This document shows, one piece after another, positions 31,379 to 53,400 of a DNA stretch of 64,000 bases (positions within the stretch are counted from its first letter, which is position 1; every line of letters begins with the position of its first letter). The stretch comes from Blastocystis sp. Blastoise. Its lineage: Eukaryota > Protista > Bigyra: Opalinata. The position numbers and the translations under genes are program-made. The notes under the pieces were generated by a model. That model did no database searches, had not been told where the DNA came from, and worked only from the letters and a program-made list of their open reading frames with translations. Where the stretch lies: NCBI GenBank assembly GCA_039096225.1, contig JBBPEB010000002.1, forward strand, positions 1,258,595 through 1,322,594, in the 5' to 3' direction.

Positions 31379-33328
31379 ATGTCCACTCCTAATAATGGTT
31401 CGTATAACTACAGTTCTGGTATGATTCCTCTACCTCAAGATGATAACGCTATTAATCCATATGACGATATGAATAAATCTACCATCCAACCACCTCCAGG
31501 CGTTATTCCTATTCCTACAGTATCTGCTGCTCCTTCAGTCCCTTTATATAACAATCCAATGAATTCAAATTATGGAGCTCCTTATGCTGCTCCAAGTCAA
31601 CCTTCAAGTCCATATGTATCAAATGAACAGAATCCTCTGACTTCATCATCAACTCCTATTTCTCAACAATATCCATCTTATAATCCTCCTATTCCTACAG
31701 CTCCTATTCCTGTAGCTCCTGTTCAAACGATGAACAATTCTGCTGCTGAAAATGTTTATCAACCTCCTTCAAATATTTTCCCTTCAACTAATATTCCTGT
31801 TGCTCAACCTGGATATTATCCCAATAATCCACAAGTCATTCCTAATGTGCAACCCTCACCTGTAGCTCCAACTGTGTCTCCTATTCAAAACAATCCTTCT
31901 GCTGCTATTCCAATGGTTATTCCTTCAAACCAACCATCTTATAGTAATCCTGTGAATCAATATCCTTGTGATAATAGTATTCCACAAGCTAGTATTTATT
32001 TATTTATTTATTATTTATAGTAAAATATTGATATTTTAATGGTATTCATATTTATTTATTATATTATTCAAAGAATTATTTAAATTATTTTCTATGTTTA
32101 TATAACTATTACTATATATAGTTTATGTGAATCTTGGTAAGCCTTCTGATTATCCAATTACTCACGAACAAATCAGAAACGCATTATGCGATTTTGTTTC
32201 TAAGAAGTTTATGTGGAGTAAAAGTACAGCTAAAAACTGTATTCTTCAAAATGTATATATAAGATATTATTATTATTATGTTTATTATTATTATTATTAT
32301 TATTATTATTGTTTATTGTGAATCTATATATACTATTATTGATTATCACTACTATCTATATCTATATATATAGATAGATACAACTATATCCTATAGGATT
32401 CACTTTGAGACCTTTTTAGACTCACGAAGTGTGAAATGGGAATATGAACCCTGCTCTCATACTGTATATATATAATAATAATAATACTATAATAATAATA
32501 CTATAATAATACTAATAATAAGAATAAGAATAATATATATATAAATATATACTATCTTATTAACTATCTATATTCCCGTGATTATTCTAGGTTGATGGTC
32601 CAGAGAATGGTGTTCCTCAACCTCCCTTCGATATTAATGTTATTGTTCCTACCATGTTTAATGATACTACCGTTAAACATCATATTGAACATACTGATTT
32701 CTCACGTGATTGTCTTACTTGTAAATGTATGCTATATATATATATATATTTATTTATTATACTATAGTTATTCTATATTTATCTTTATAATTATGATTCT
32801 ATAGGTAAAGGCTCTGTCACGTGCTCTATTTGTGACGGAAAGGGGTTTATGCCTTGTACGATTTGTAACAGTACAGGGAGGGATGATGAGGGACGTAAAT
32901 GTACGATTTGCAAGGGATCCGGTCGTAAAGGATGTCTCACGTGCAGCTCACGTGGTAGCGTTAAATGTAGTAAGTGTGAAGGTAAACGCATGCTCATTGT
33001 CTATGCTGAAGTATGTCTATATATATATTATTATTATTAGATTATATTTATATATTTTTATTCATATATTTTATTCATATCAATAGTATTGACATATATA
33101 TATATATATAGTTAACAACTCGTTTTCATACAGATAATGCTTATAATTATATTGATAAAACAGGTATACCTCAGGAACAACTCAAAGAAGGAAGTGGAGA
33201 TATTGTCTATGAGGATTGTGGTTATATGATTAATCCTCCATTATTAAATGCCCCTGAAATAGATACTATTATACATACACTTAAAACTAATTCTGATGAT
33301 TTATATATATATATATATATATTATATA

Positions 33329-33378
<50 letters not shown>

Positions 33379-33559
33379 GTTAATTAATCATGAACCGTGT
33401 AGAATAATACAACAACGTATTACGGTGACGCGTCTTCCTGTCACGTGCGTTACAGCTTCAATTAAAGATCAAACATTTATGTTTTGGGTTTATGGAAAGA
33501 ATAATAAATGTTTTTGTTCCGATTACGTTAAGAAATTTGGAAATTGTTCTATTTTTTAA
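31379..33559 (+). CDS. SSUH2-like protein (Pro-rich N-terminus, CxxCxGxG zinc-finger repeats, C-terminal CaaX CSIF)
   Basis: Repeated CxxCxGxG motifs, RIIQQRITV..LPVT, FWVYG, ending NCSIF*. Confidence 0.75.
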
Positions 33560-34075
33560 CTCTATATCTATAACTATATATATACATATATTTAGTATAT
33601 ATGTTTATAATATATATATACATATCTTTTATTTATATATTTATTTCATTCCTCTTTCTCTATGTATTTATTCTATATTTATTTTATCATTATTTATATA
33701 TATATATATCTTCATTATTATTAGTGATATATCTATATATTTCAGAATTCGTGTTTCTATAAAATACTATATGAATTAGTTTATATCTATGAAATTGTTT
33801 CGTTTATTTGTCTAATAAACTTATAATACAATATTGTATTATATCAATGCGTTTTCATTACTGTAAATAGAAAAAATAAATATATGTATTATATTTTTAT
33901 TAAAATAAAAAAACTGTGTATATAAAATGATTTCTTATATATATAAAGTTTATGATTCAATTTATCATGCTTTTAATTATCATTTAAAAACAAAATAAAA
34001 CTGAGAAAAAAAATCATTGTAATTTTAATCTAAAATATAAAATATAAATTAACTATTATTATATATATATATAAT

Positions 34076-34438
34076 TTATATTTGTTTGAAATGAATTGAA
34101 TCTAATACATCTCCAGCAAGATATAAAGATCCAGTAACATAGATTTCCACGGGAATATCATGATTTATAGAGGGAATAGAACTAGTATAAGTATTTAAAT
34201 AAGGGAGAACATCTTGGACCGTTTTACTTAATATATATTTTTGTGTATTTTTAGTTTGCATAGAAGTAAATAATTTAAATAAATATAATTGATGAGTATA
34301 TTCATTTATAATATCTGTACTATTATTAATCTCATTGGCTGAACCATTTTTCATAATAACGACAGAAGGAGATTCGATTGGTTGAACCAAATTATGAGCT
34401 TTTAATTGTTCATCAATAGATAATAAATGAACAGGACT

Positions 34439-34469
<31 letters not shown>

Positions 34470-36382
34470 TATAATGAATAATAAATAATATAAAATAAAT
34501 AATAAAAATATATTATATAATAATAAATAAATAAATAATGATAATAACTAATGAGTATTTCATACCTATATTCCACTTTAGCAAATGTAACTGATGTAAA
34601 TATAATGATATCAAATGATAAATTAACTAACGGTGAAAGAAGATGAAAAATATCTTTGTCTCTACCACAATAAAATATTAAAACCTATAATACATAAATA
34701 TATATATAATGATTCATATAGAATATAACATATTATATATATACTTTAATAGAGGGTATATCTTTATGTTTCTGAAAGCATTGATTAAACCATTCAGCAG
34801 TTTTCAGCATACTTTTAATTGTATGTGCGCCATCAATATAGAATCGACGGTTATTCGCGGGATCCTCGATCGTTTGTCCACGAGCTGCCAAAGGTACTGT
34901 TTGAATAGTTTTATAGCATATCTATATATAATTGTATTGATTATAAATATAAAATATATAAGTTATGGATTATTAATAAAAGCATTATTATTATATTATA
35001 TATACATTATTATCAATAGAGATATTAAAATAGTTCAAAGTTTCTTTCGAAAGAGAATAAGCAAGTGACATATTTTCAAATAAATAGGAGGGAATATTTA
35101 AATGTTGGCGGGCTTCATTATAAAATGGTAATTCAGAAGTAGATATAAAAGATAAAGAGCAATCTATATATATATATTTATATAGTATTGAGTACATATA
35201 TATTGAGATAATTACAAATAATAGCAATTAGTTAAGTCATTATATATATAGAAATATAAATATATTAAAAAATAATAAAAATATATAAAAGAAATTAAAA
35301 ATAAATTATATATACTTATAGTTTTTGCACAATCATTTAATACGGTTACTGCATTAGGTTCTTGAATAACAGAATACGCGGGAACATGAGGTTTAAAAAT
35401 ACCCGCTTTTTCATAAGCTATTTCTTGAATAGTATTTCCAAGAATATTTGTATGTTCTAAGTCTAAAAGTGTAATTCCCGTGACTATAGGTGTATTAATA
35501 ATATTAGTAGCATCTAAACGACCACCCAAACCAACTTCTAATATAACAACATCTATATCTTGAGACTTAAATATACTATATATAAGATATACTATATATA
35601 AGATATTAAAAATATAGGGTATAGTATATAATGTGATAATATATGATATAAAGTATCCTATTATTATTATTATTATTTTTAGAATATATTTTATAAAATA
35701 AACTATATATATATACCTAAAGCACATAATTGTAAGAAATCGAAAGAATCCAGGCCAGTTTGGAACCCATTCAGGCTTATTCTATACATATAATTTTATT
35801 TAAAAATAAATAAAAAATAAATTAAAAAAAAATAGCAATATAAGTCAAAGAGTACATAAAATTATCTTTAAAATAATCATATATCAAATGTATACTGAAC
35901 AATTCAAGAATATAAAAAAATACAGGGTTTTTTCGAATTTCCATCATTTTATTCCAGATAGGATAGAAATGTTCTACGAAGAGTTCTTCACTGATCATCT
36001 TACCATTAATTCGGAAACGTTCACATATATTCTGAAGGTGAGGAGATGTATACAATCCTATTAGAAGAAAAATATATATTTTTCTTGTATTCTAAAATAC
36101 CTGTTTTAAGTCCATGAGCTCTTAGAATTGATTCTGTGTAAGCAGAAGTTGTTCCTTTACCTTTAGAACCAGCAATGTGGACAAAGTGCATATTGGATAT
36201 ATCTAATTTTAATTCATCTAAGTAATACTGCATCACCTTGTTAACATCCGCACGAGATAAAGTCGCATTAGCTACCTCAGAGTATTCATTTCTTAACAGT
36301 TCGTTCGCTTTTTCAAATTCACTTCTATATATACATTTATAAATATTTTATGTATATCTTTTATGTAAATGAAATACTCCAT
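34076..36382 (-). CDS. FPGS: Folylpolyglutamate synthase
   Basis: HIAGSKGKGTT, TSPHL..ERFRING, LEVGLGGRLDATN, EKAGIFK, DGAHT and VTGSLYLAG. The first exon is 5 nt (ATGGA). Confidence 0.93.
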
Positions 36383-36724
36383 AATTCTTTATAACTTCCA
36401 AATCAGCGATTGAAAAACAAAATGGTTAAAAATGAGTAAACCATTTTTTAAAAGACACAATTATTTTCTCTATTGCTGAAATATTCTGAATGAAGCAGAA
36501 AATATTATTTTAATAATAGAATTCGTTTCTGTTTTCAGAAGTGACGAATAGAAGTGTCTTTCTCTTTTCGTTTTATTTTGTTTTTTCAGGCAATTCTTAC
36601 TGTAGCTGTTTGAATCTTCGTCTGTTTTTTATGTACGTTGCTTCTCCTCATTGAATTTCGAATTTTTAATTTAATTATTGATAAAAACTATAATTGATTT
36701 ATCTAGATTTGCAATAGTTGTTCA

Positions 36725-37699
36725 ATGTCTACAAACAATTCTATGGATGCTATGTCTAATGCTGTTGAGATGATAAAGAAAGCTCGAGCAATCGTCTTCG
36801 ATATTGATTTCACTTCTTTATCTTATGATGGCTTGGATTATTTAGCAGAGATTACAAAGAAAACTGAAGAAGTTCGTAAATGTGTAAAAGAGTTATATAT
36901 AGATAAACACATTCTTCGTGAGTGTTTGGATGAGATAATGAAGATTATGTCTCCAAATTTAAATACGATTGAACAATTTAAGAATGAAATTCCTGTTGAC
37001 ATGCCTCCCCACTATGAAGAATTAGTTGATTTATTAAGAAGTATGAATAAGGATATTTATCTTGTTTCTGCTGGTATAAAACAGGTATAAATAATTTTTT
37101 TTTTATAAATTTATATCTGTTTTTATACTATTTTTATAATGTTTTTATAGTATTATAAATATTATTTGATTTTTAATAGTATTATTATATTATTATATAT
37201 ATAGTTACAAGAACCATTATGTAAGAAATTACATATAACAGATGAGTATTTATTTGATAACGTTGCTGTATTTGATTCTAATGGTAATTTTACACATTTA
37301 ATAGCTGAACAATTAACTATGGAAAATGATGGTAAAGCTAAAGTTATTGAAGTGTATATATATATGTTTTTTGTTTATTTGTTTTTTTGTTTTATAGAGA
37401 ATATTCTTTTCTTTATATTTATATAATTCCTTATATAGATTTTGTTTATTCACTTATTCTATTGATTGTATTAAAAATATTATATATATAGTATAAAGAA
37501 GAGATATCCTGACAATGATAATATTGTCGTTAATTTTGGTGATGGCTATATAGATAGTGAAGCTTGTCCTCCTTCCGATTGTTTTATACGTTATACTAAA
37601 TATAATAATACTTTTTTTGAAAATGATCATTCTACTATATCTATTGATGATTATTCTATAATTATTGATTTATTAAAAAATAATAATACTAATAATTAA
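36725..37699 (+). CDS. Phosphoserine-phosphatase-like HAD hydrolase (divergent), 3 exons
   Basis: FDIDFT (DxDxT), LVSAG, GKAKVIE, FGDGYID and ACPPSD. Confidence 0.75.
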
Positions 37700-38509
37700 T
37701 ATATACTGAAGAATTCTTCTATTTATTTATTAAAAATAATAATAATATGTAAATTGGTTTGAATGTTGTTTTATTTGTGAGAAATAAGCTAATTAAAAGT
37801 TATTTGAATTTTATCATTGTTTCATTTTTATTCTTTATATATTTTTTATTAAAATAAATAAAAAAAAAAGTAATTATAGCTAAATGTACATTTATAAATG
37901 AAAAATTATTTTCATGAAATAATTTTTACATGTTCAGAGAGTTCAGCTTCGTTTTAGAATATTTAAAAGTGATATTTTCAAAAATAAACTAGTTATTCGT
38001 TGATTTCAATTCAAATAATGCATAATATTTTCATTACATCATTGAATTTCTATTATTATGTGTCAAAAAAAGTATACAAATATATATTAAAAACGCATAG
38101 CATTTTTTAATGCCTAATTGTATAGAAATGACATATTTGTAAATAAACAAGCATCCTTATTTTATCATACATAGTATTACTATAATGAAATCGTAGTTAA
38201 AATCATCAAATCAATCCTATAAACACACAATAACTAAAAAGAAGAAAAGAAAATGTATGAATTTTTCCTGAAATAGATGAAGAGAAACTGAAAAATTATA
38301 AGAAAAAATTGGGTGTAAAAATGTAAATAAACTGAATTATTGCTGAGTTTATTTAACCATTCACTTCAACCGATTTCATACTAATTAAGATGTGGCGTTT
38401 TGTTTTTTAAGATAAAACAATTCAATTTTCGAATTATTTAGTTATTAGTTGTTGATAGAAAGTAAGATATTAATAATTAAGTTAAGATTCTTTGTAGATA
38501 AGGGTAAAG

Positions 38510-39059
38510 ATGTCAGAAAATGAAAAACAAATAGCTGTAGAACCTGCTTTGAATCAAGAAATGACCGATTCTGAAGCAAGTAGTGATGATATGATTATGC
38601 CAGATGATTCAAGAATTGTAGAACCATCCCATGGAATGAAAAGTTTTAGTTGTTTGATTAATAGTACATTGCTGATTAAACTTGGGTTGAATGCTTTATC
38701 TAAAGCTCAAGATCAAATTTTACATTTTGCTAGAAGTAATAATTTGAATCTTTCCTTCCCTAATGAGTGGGGTATATATATTTATTATTGTTTTTTTTTC
38801 TAATTATATATATTTTTTTTTCTAAAAAATATAAAATTATAGAAAATATTATTGATCCTCAAGAATATTTAAAGAATAAACCAGATTCATCAACTCCTTA
38901 TAAGATGGATACATTTGATGAAGTTATTGAAAATGGTTTAAAAACAATTAAAAATAAACATCATGTCAAAGCTCCCTTTACTGGCAATTCTAGAACTTTT
39001 ATTTGTGTATTTTTTATTAATTTTTTCAAATTTATTATTTATAGGTTTATTTTTTTTAA

Positions 39060-39103
<44 letters not shown>

Positions 39104-39719
39104 GGAGACAATTCGTAGAACAAAAGATACATTAAAGAAACGTTTTACAAGTGAACAATTATTATTATTATCTAAAGATTATAAACCTTATGTTAAACCT
39201 GATTCTGAAGATTCTAGAATATATAAAGAAACAGTTGAAGAATTATATCAAACTTTCTTAACACAAGGTATTACCACATTAAATCCAAAAAGTATTAATT
39301 TAAAACTTAAAAAGAGTATTAGTAATCAAGAAACTTATAAAAGACTGTATGTATTACTTTATTTATTTTATATTATTTTTATTATATTTATTCTATTTAT
39401 TATATTTATTATATTTATTAATTTATTATATTTATTCTATGAATTATATTAAAATAATATATATATATGTATATATTTAGTAATAGTAATAAAGAGAATA
39501 AGAAGGAGGAGGAGGGAGGAGATCATTATATTGATTTTATTATGGAGTATATATATACGTTTTATACTCATATTATTATTATTATTATTATTCTATTTTT
39601 ACAGGAATATATATATTTTTTAATTTTTTAATAATATTTTTATTTTATATAAATAATAATATACATATTTATATTCCTCCTCCTCCTTCTCTGTTTCTCA
39701 ATATATATATATATAATTA

Positions 39720-39756
<37 letters not shown>

Positions 39757-40277
39757 AGGATACAAAATCTGTAGATGGAAAACCTCAAGTATATATATAT
39801 ATTGATTATTATTATTTTTATTATATATATAGAATTCTGAAGAAAGTAAAATGTCGTTAAATGATTCTACGTTATCAACAGAAATTAAAACTGAACAAAA
39901 CATATCTATGACTTCTACACCATCTCTAAATCAATCACATTCTAATAATACTACTCTTGGTATATATATATATATAATCATTTTTTTATTATTCTAAATT
40001 TTTATTTATGTCTTTTATATTATTATAAAACTATATACTACTAATTCATATTCCTTTTTAAAATATAATGTTTATTATTTCTATTGATTATATATATATA
40101 TAAATAGTTCATTCTACATCAAATGAAACAAATAATAATAATATTCAAACACGTGGTATTCCAGTTTCAAATATAAATATATCCAATCAACAACATAAAC
40201 CTGCGTCACCCGTACGAGATCCCTCTGTTCTAGAAGATTCTATGAACCACATGGGAGAAACATCAAGTAGTGTTTAA
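38510..40277 (+). CDS. Hypothetical protein, multi-exon
   Basis: ATG at 38510, open exons flanked by GT-AG introns, stop at 40275-40277. No family recognised. Confidence 0.6.
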
Positions 40278-42332
40278 ATAATATATATTATTTTATATAT
40301 ACATTCATTTTTTTAAATAAGAATATTGTATTTTGTTTATTATGTATTTATTATTTTACAGATACATCTATTTTTCATTTCTCAACTATATATATATATA
40401 TTTAACTTTATCTTCGTAGCGGTTTGTATATATTCAATTATATTTTTAAAGTTTATGCATTGTATTTATGTGTTCTTATATACATTTTATGATATAGCTA
40501 TTATTATATATATATTTATTTGTTTGTCTCCTTTATACTATTATCATATATTATCCACTTTCTTGTGCATATAACCTTTTTTTTGATTTCTGTGTTTTGT
40601 TTCTCATTACTCAACAGTCTACTATTTATCATTTAAAGCCATAATTGTTGCAGATTTAATAAAAAACACATTTAATATAGATAATCTTCAGTATTCTTAT
40701 AAATCGATATCCACATATTCCATTAAGAATGTATAAACTACTATTTATTATGTGAAATTTGAAATATTCAGCAACATAATCAAGAATGAATAGTGTGAAA
40801 ATAGTGTAAATAGTCAAAACTACCCAATTATGTTTTGCTTACTCTTTTTGCAAATCACTCAAATCAATATACATATTAAAACAGCCTTATAGTGCTTCTA
40901 AACGTTGATTCAAAAAAGGCATAAAGTGATACTTTCAGCTTTAAATAGGGAAGAAGACACTATAGAAAACAAAAACATAAAAAATATTAAAAATAAACGT
41001 ATATAAGTAAAAGTAATCGCGGTAAAATAAAAAGAATAAGATTTTCTTTGTTTCGTAGAAGTTCAAGACAGGGTGTGCCAAAACTGCGCTTTAAGCGCAA
41101 AGTGCGCTTTTCGATGTTGTTTTTGCGCTTAAATCTTTTATTTCATTTTTCTTTTAATTTTTATAAATCTACATAGAATAAAACGTTTAATAATTTTTAG
41201 AGGATCGAGATAAGCTCAATAATGATGTTTTTGACATTTTACACGAGGTTTGTGTTTGTTGATGTAATTTGATTTGTTGTTGAATAAATAATAACCTTAC
41301 ACATATTATAATTAGAGAGCAAATTGAATTTTTTAGCATTTTTAGAATGTTAATCATGTAGTTATAATGATTGATTGTCTTTAAGTATTTAACAATTAGG
41401 AAAAAAGCGTGATTATGTGTAGATCTTAATAATATAGTAGTAGTAGAATCATAATAGCAATACATGCTTCAAATTTTTACAAAACTTTGAATTCTTTTAA
41501 ATTGGCTAAATACTGATTATTAGTGGTCAAAAAATTTTCAAACTCAGCTCATCAAGACGCATTAATTTACACACTTTTCATGAAAAAAAGACCGGGTGAC
41601 ATAAAAAAGTAATTCATTCCATTGACTATTATACTATGACATGACAGTTTTTAACTTAAAACATATTATTTTGATATATAATGTATAAATGTTTTGAAAT
41701 AAGTCATCTAAGAAGATTTTTGTGACACATGTTGTGACAGATACATGACTTAAAAGTTCATAAGTCATCAAATAACAACAAGTATGATTCCTATATTTGA
41801 CTATTTGTGTTAATTTGGGTGACAAATAAAAATTATTTTGTGACAAAAGTCAATTGCTTAAGATATTCTTTTGTATATTATTTTAAAGACTTTTATTTAT
41901 GTTTATAATGAAAAATAATGTCAATAAATACTAAAAAATATTATAAAAAATAATAATGTAATTAAAAAGTTTTTATTTTTATAAAATATCATGAAGTAGT
42001 CTTGTAGGGACTGTACAGATACATCCTGACAAGTAATAAAAATTAAATAAACGAAAAGCATATTAAAATATTATTTTTCAAAAATCAAACAAAAAACAAT
42101 ACAATGAACAAAAGCTGGATTTGAAAAAACAATACGTCCAACAAAATGATTTTTAATAGCCTTATAAAATGGTTTTAAAATGTATTTTATATGTAGAATA
42201 AGTCACACAACACATTTATAATATTTATATTATAAAATATATTGTTTTTATGTTTAAAAATAAAAAAATAAAAAAACGGTTAGTAGTCACTAGCTTTGCA
42301 ATTATTATATGACTTGATGAAAAATATTATAA

Positions 42333-42414
42333 GGGAGTTGTTTGGTCAAATGGTCAGTGCGTATAAAATTTTTACATAGTGGACGGATCGAATCTTACGA
42401 GGAACTATTTTTTT
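42333..42414 (+). other. Degenerate tRNA-like / Pol III promoter unit 1
   Basis: A-box-like TGGTCAAATGG, B-box GGATCGAATC (42385-42394) and a T-run. Stems are poorly paired. Confidence 0.45.
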
Positions 42415-42699
42415 AAACTTTTTCTTTTGACTGCTATTTACAATGATTTTATTTAAAATCAACTTTGTTTCATTTTTATTATCTGTAAACATTATTTACA
42501 TCATTGATATCTGCTTTTTAGTTTAGAATCAACATATCAACAAACTTTTTTTTTCAAAAAATAGTAATTATTGTTTAAAAACAATTCTAAGTATTTCTAG
42601 AATGTTATAAATGTAATAAAAGAGCATAAATATAATATTTGAAGATATCAAATAATTTTAAACTTATTATATAGAACACATGAAAAAATAAAATTGAGA

Positions 42700-42777
42700 A
42701 ATCGGTTGGTATAGTTGACCAGCGCTGTAGCTATTATGGTAATTGTCGCTGGATCGAATCTCGCAAGAGGCATTTTT
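42700..42777 (+). other. Degenerate tRNA-like / Pol III promoter unit 2
   Basis: A-box-like TGGTATAGTTGA, B-box GGATCGAATC (42751-42760) and a T-run. Confidence 0.45.
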
Positions 42778-42959
42778 ATTTTTATTTCTTGGAAAAACAT
42801 CTTTTTATGAAACTTGTTCTTTTATATATTTATTTTGATTATCTCTTGATACGATCATTTATTTTGGTTTAATTTAATTAACTTAGTTTATCAAGAGTAT
42901 TCGCCTTGAGTATTTATTTTAATTTTTATAATCTGCTTTACTTAATTACTTTCTTTCTT

Positions 42960-49850
<6,891 letters not shown>

Positions 49851-50499
49851 AGTATGCTGATATATATATATATATATGTATATATTTTTTATTGTTATTT
49901 TATTATTCTTTCATATATATATATACATATTAAATGAAACTGGGTTGAATATAGGTATCAAGAAGTACCTAAATGTGATTAAAAAGTTGAATAGTTTCTT
50001 TTCTTCTGTCTTTTGTATATTAATGCTTAAAGTAATTATTTCATTGCTTCGTTTAGTTTGAATATGTTTGATGGCTTATATCAAATAAATGATAGCTTTA
50101 TTTGCTCATTTATAAAGACATTTTTTTTATATTTAGGTTAACTTTGTCAAAAATATTATGATTTATGGCCATGTATACAAATAAGGTGAAAAGCCTTTCA
50201 TTCAGTCTGATGACAAAACTCATGAGTATCATATTTTGTTACAAAAAACTTCCTTATGTGTTTGATAAATTCAGCAGAATTAAGCATGGCTGAAAAAGTG
50301 TCACAAAATTTGGTGGCAAGTGTCACCAAAGTCAGGAAAGGACTGACTATTTGATTATTTTTAAAACTTCAGTCATTCTTTAAAAATTTCAATGATAATT
50401 TCATTCTTTTGTTAAAGATTCAAATCAGAATAAGATTATTGCCTATAATATTTTTTCAAACTTGCTTTCTATCTGCTTTCTGAACTAATAATGGTTTAT

Positions 50500-53400
50500 C
50501 ATTAAGATTCATATTGGTTTTTGTTGCATTGTGAACTCCTCTTAAATACTAGTCAATATCTACTACATGATGATTTCCCATTGTTTGTTGATTGCTTTGT
50601 TACGTACTTGCTCGTTATGATCAGTGTTCAATACACATATCTTACAATGTGCTACGTGATGGATACTTATCAGTTACTTATTCTTGGAATGATTACTTGC
50701 AATGTATAATTTTATGAATATTTACAGTTTGTTGCCTTCCATTTATTATTTACATCTGATTTGGTTACTCACCAAACTTCCTTACTTCTCTTCTTGAATT
50801 AGTATACTCATTTTTCTTTTTGTAACTTTGCGATTAATGAGATCTTTATTTATGTTGTTTGTATGTTTGATTTTATTCGACTAATGTGCTTTTGATTGCT
50901 TGTTCTACTTTATAAGTGCTAATTATTTTGTTTTTGTTTTTTATTTTTCTGATACTTCCTTTTTTCATACTGTATTATAATGGTATTTATATATAACGAT
51001 GACATTTTCTTATAGATTTACTTATTATGAATTTTCTTATTCTTATTCTAGTATTTAATAAATACTTAAACACTTCATCTCTGCGATTAATACTTACTAT
51101 GGTTACTAACATACATAAGTTTCTACTGAAGATAGTAGCAGATTAGTAACAATTGATGTTTATTTCTTTTCATCCTTAAATCCTTTTGTCTATATTACAA
51201 TATTATCATGTACTCTTATTCTATCAAGTTTACTATTATAAGTTTTTGAATGTTTTAGTATCTTATTGTGTAATTCTTTAATATGCTATTATACAGGAAA
51301 GTATCTATATGATATTTCTTTGTTGTAGTTTTCTGTATAAAATTTTTGAATTTCTTTTTATTCTTTGTATATATTTTCATCTTGGTTAATTATTCTTCAA
51401 CTTCTCTTCATGTTATCGTTAGTCTACTATTATATATTGAATTTTTAGTTATAAACCTTATCTTATTTCCTTATCTTATTTCATCTTTTGTTCTTTTAAG
51501 GTATTATAGCATTACATTAATTGTATTAGTTTTCTGGTTTTTCAGTCTCTTCCTATCTTCTTCGTATGGTATCTTTATATTTATTAGACTCTTCATTTCT
51601 TCTGGTGCTTTTCAATTATTATGTGATCATTCGTAATACTTCACCTGCATGTTCTTTTCCCTTTATTAAAGAGTTTCTAGATGTGCTATTTTTATATTAC
51701 TTTTATATTATCCTTAGTTGATATTCCTTTTTCTCCTATGATAGAATTCTTTATGTTCTTATGTTATTCTAATAGTCGTTTCATATTTCTCTATTAAACA
51801 TACTATGAGATTTAATGACGATTTTCTTTTCCTTTAATAATTACAAATTCCTCACTATTATATATTATTATATATCTTAGTTTTATTATTCTAACAGATT
51901 TATTTTTATATTTGTTTCTATAATTGAAAACATACTCAATTAATTTATTTTCATATTTCATTCAAATATACTCTTCATATACATATTCATATCCTTCATT
52001 TATGGTTTTCTTCGTTTTCTCATGTTCTATATATTATCCCATGGTCTACTTATTTTTGTGCCTATTTTTAATCCTATACTTCCTCATTATCTCTATTTCT
52101 TTATCCACTTTTCTTTTATTTCTAGTGCTTCTATTGTGTATATTGTGTGCTCATTATTAGACTTATTCATTTTAATACTGCTTCATCATTATCTCTCTTC
52201 ATATTCTTTAATGCTCATGTTTATTGTATTTCCTATTTACACAGTTATTATTTCAGAAGCATTTTCCATTTCTTGTCTAAATAATATGGGTTTGAATATT
52301 TTTATTAGTCCTATTTCTTACTATCGTTTTTTATAATTCTTCTCGTTCGTTTCCTTTCTTTTTCTTTCCAACAATTTCTCTCTTGGCACTACTCATCATG
52401 GATTTTAGTAATCAAAGTTAGGATTTGTTCTCATTGTTGTATTACTATTATCTATATACCACAAAAGATATTTTTATTATTTCTCTTCATTCTAAGGTTT
52501 TGCTCTTTTTGTTACTTAAACATATTTATATGGCTACTCTTATTTATTATTATTGTGTACATTCTCTTCTTCTTATTTAATTTTTTATAAAAGCCTAGTA
52601 TCTACACCTTCTATTCCTTCTATTCTTTCTCATTTCTAATTACTCTCATTTTCCAAAAATGATATAATTATATAATAGGATCTATGTCTCCATATTTCTT
52701 TCGTACTGTTATTTAATAAAATACTATCTCTATTTACTTTAAACCATTTCAACTCCCTTTAACTTATTATCTATATACATCTTACATTCATGCTGATATG
52801 AATACTATAATACTATTTGTATTTCTTCTATTTTGTTGAATACGGTTGAGGTAGTTCTCGAATTGTTTATTTTCTAAATTTATTTTCATTTCTATTACTT
52901 TAGATATTATATCTTCTTAAGTGCATATGTACATAATTAATATGCTTATATATATTTACACCTGCTTTTTCCGTTATCAGCCGTTACTTCATATTATTTA
53001 TACAATGTCTAACTATTATATACAATTTACTCCGTTTGTTCTTTTACTCATGATGATATAATATAGAAATCAACTTCTTATTACTTCTTATGGTTTATTT
53101 ATTGTATTTCTATTTATAGATTTATATATATTTTTATACGAATATTGTTCTCTCTTCATGTTATTGTCTTTAAAAATATACTAAAAATAATTATTATCGT
53201 CTCTTCTACTCATTTATCACTGCCGATTATAAATTCAGTTGATATATGCATTCTTCCTTCTTCTTAACTTCAAATTTTATTTACAAGTTTTTAGTTATCT
53301 TCTTTATGATCTACATATATAAATATATTCTCATTAAGTCTATGTCAATCTTTCCAATAATTTTTCTTCTGATAATCTTTCAAATGCTAACCTTTATATA

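Noticed and set aside
41460-41580. Short matches (GGCTAAATAC, ATTTACACAC, TACATGCTTC) to Helitron region 18270-18350
   Set aside because: The matches are only 10-mers, not fully colinear, in AT-rich DNA. That is insufficient to claim homology without an alignment.
42333-42777. Functional tRNA genes
   Set aside because: The acceptor, anticodon and T stems do not pair well enough. They are kept only as tRNA-like units.
50521-52336. Hydrophobic plus-strand ORFs as membrane proteins
   Set aside because: They are antisense shadows of the purine-rich decayed minus-strand relic.
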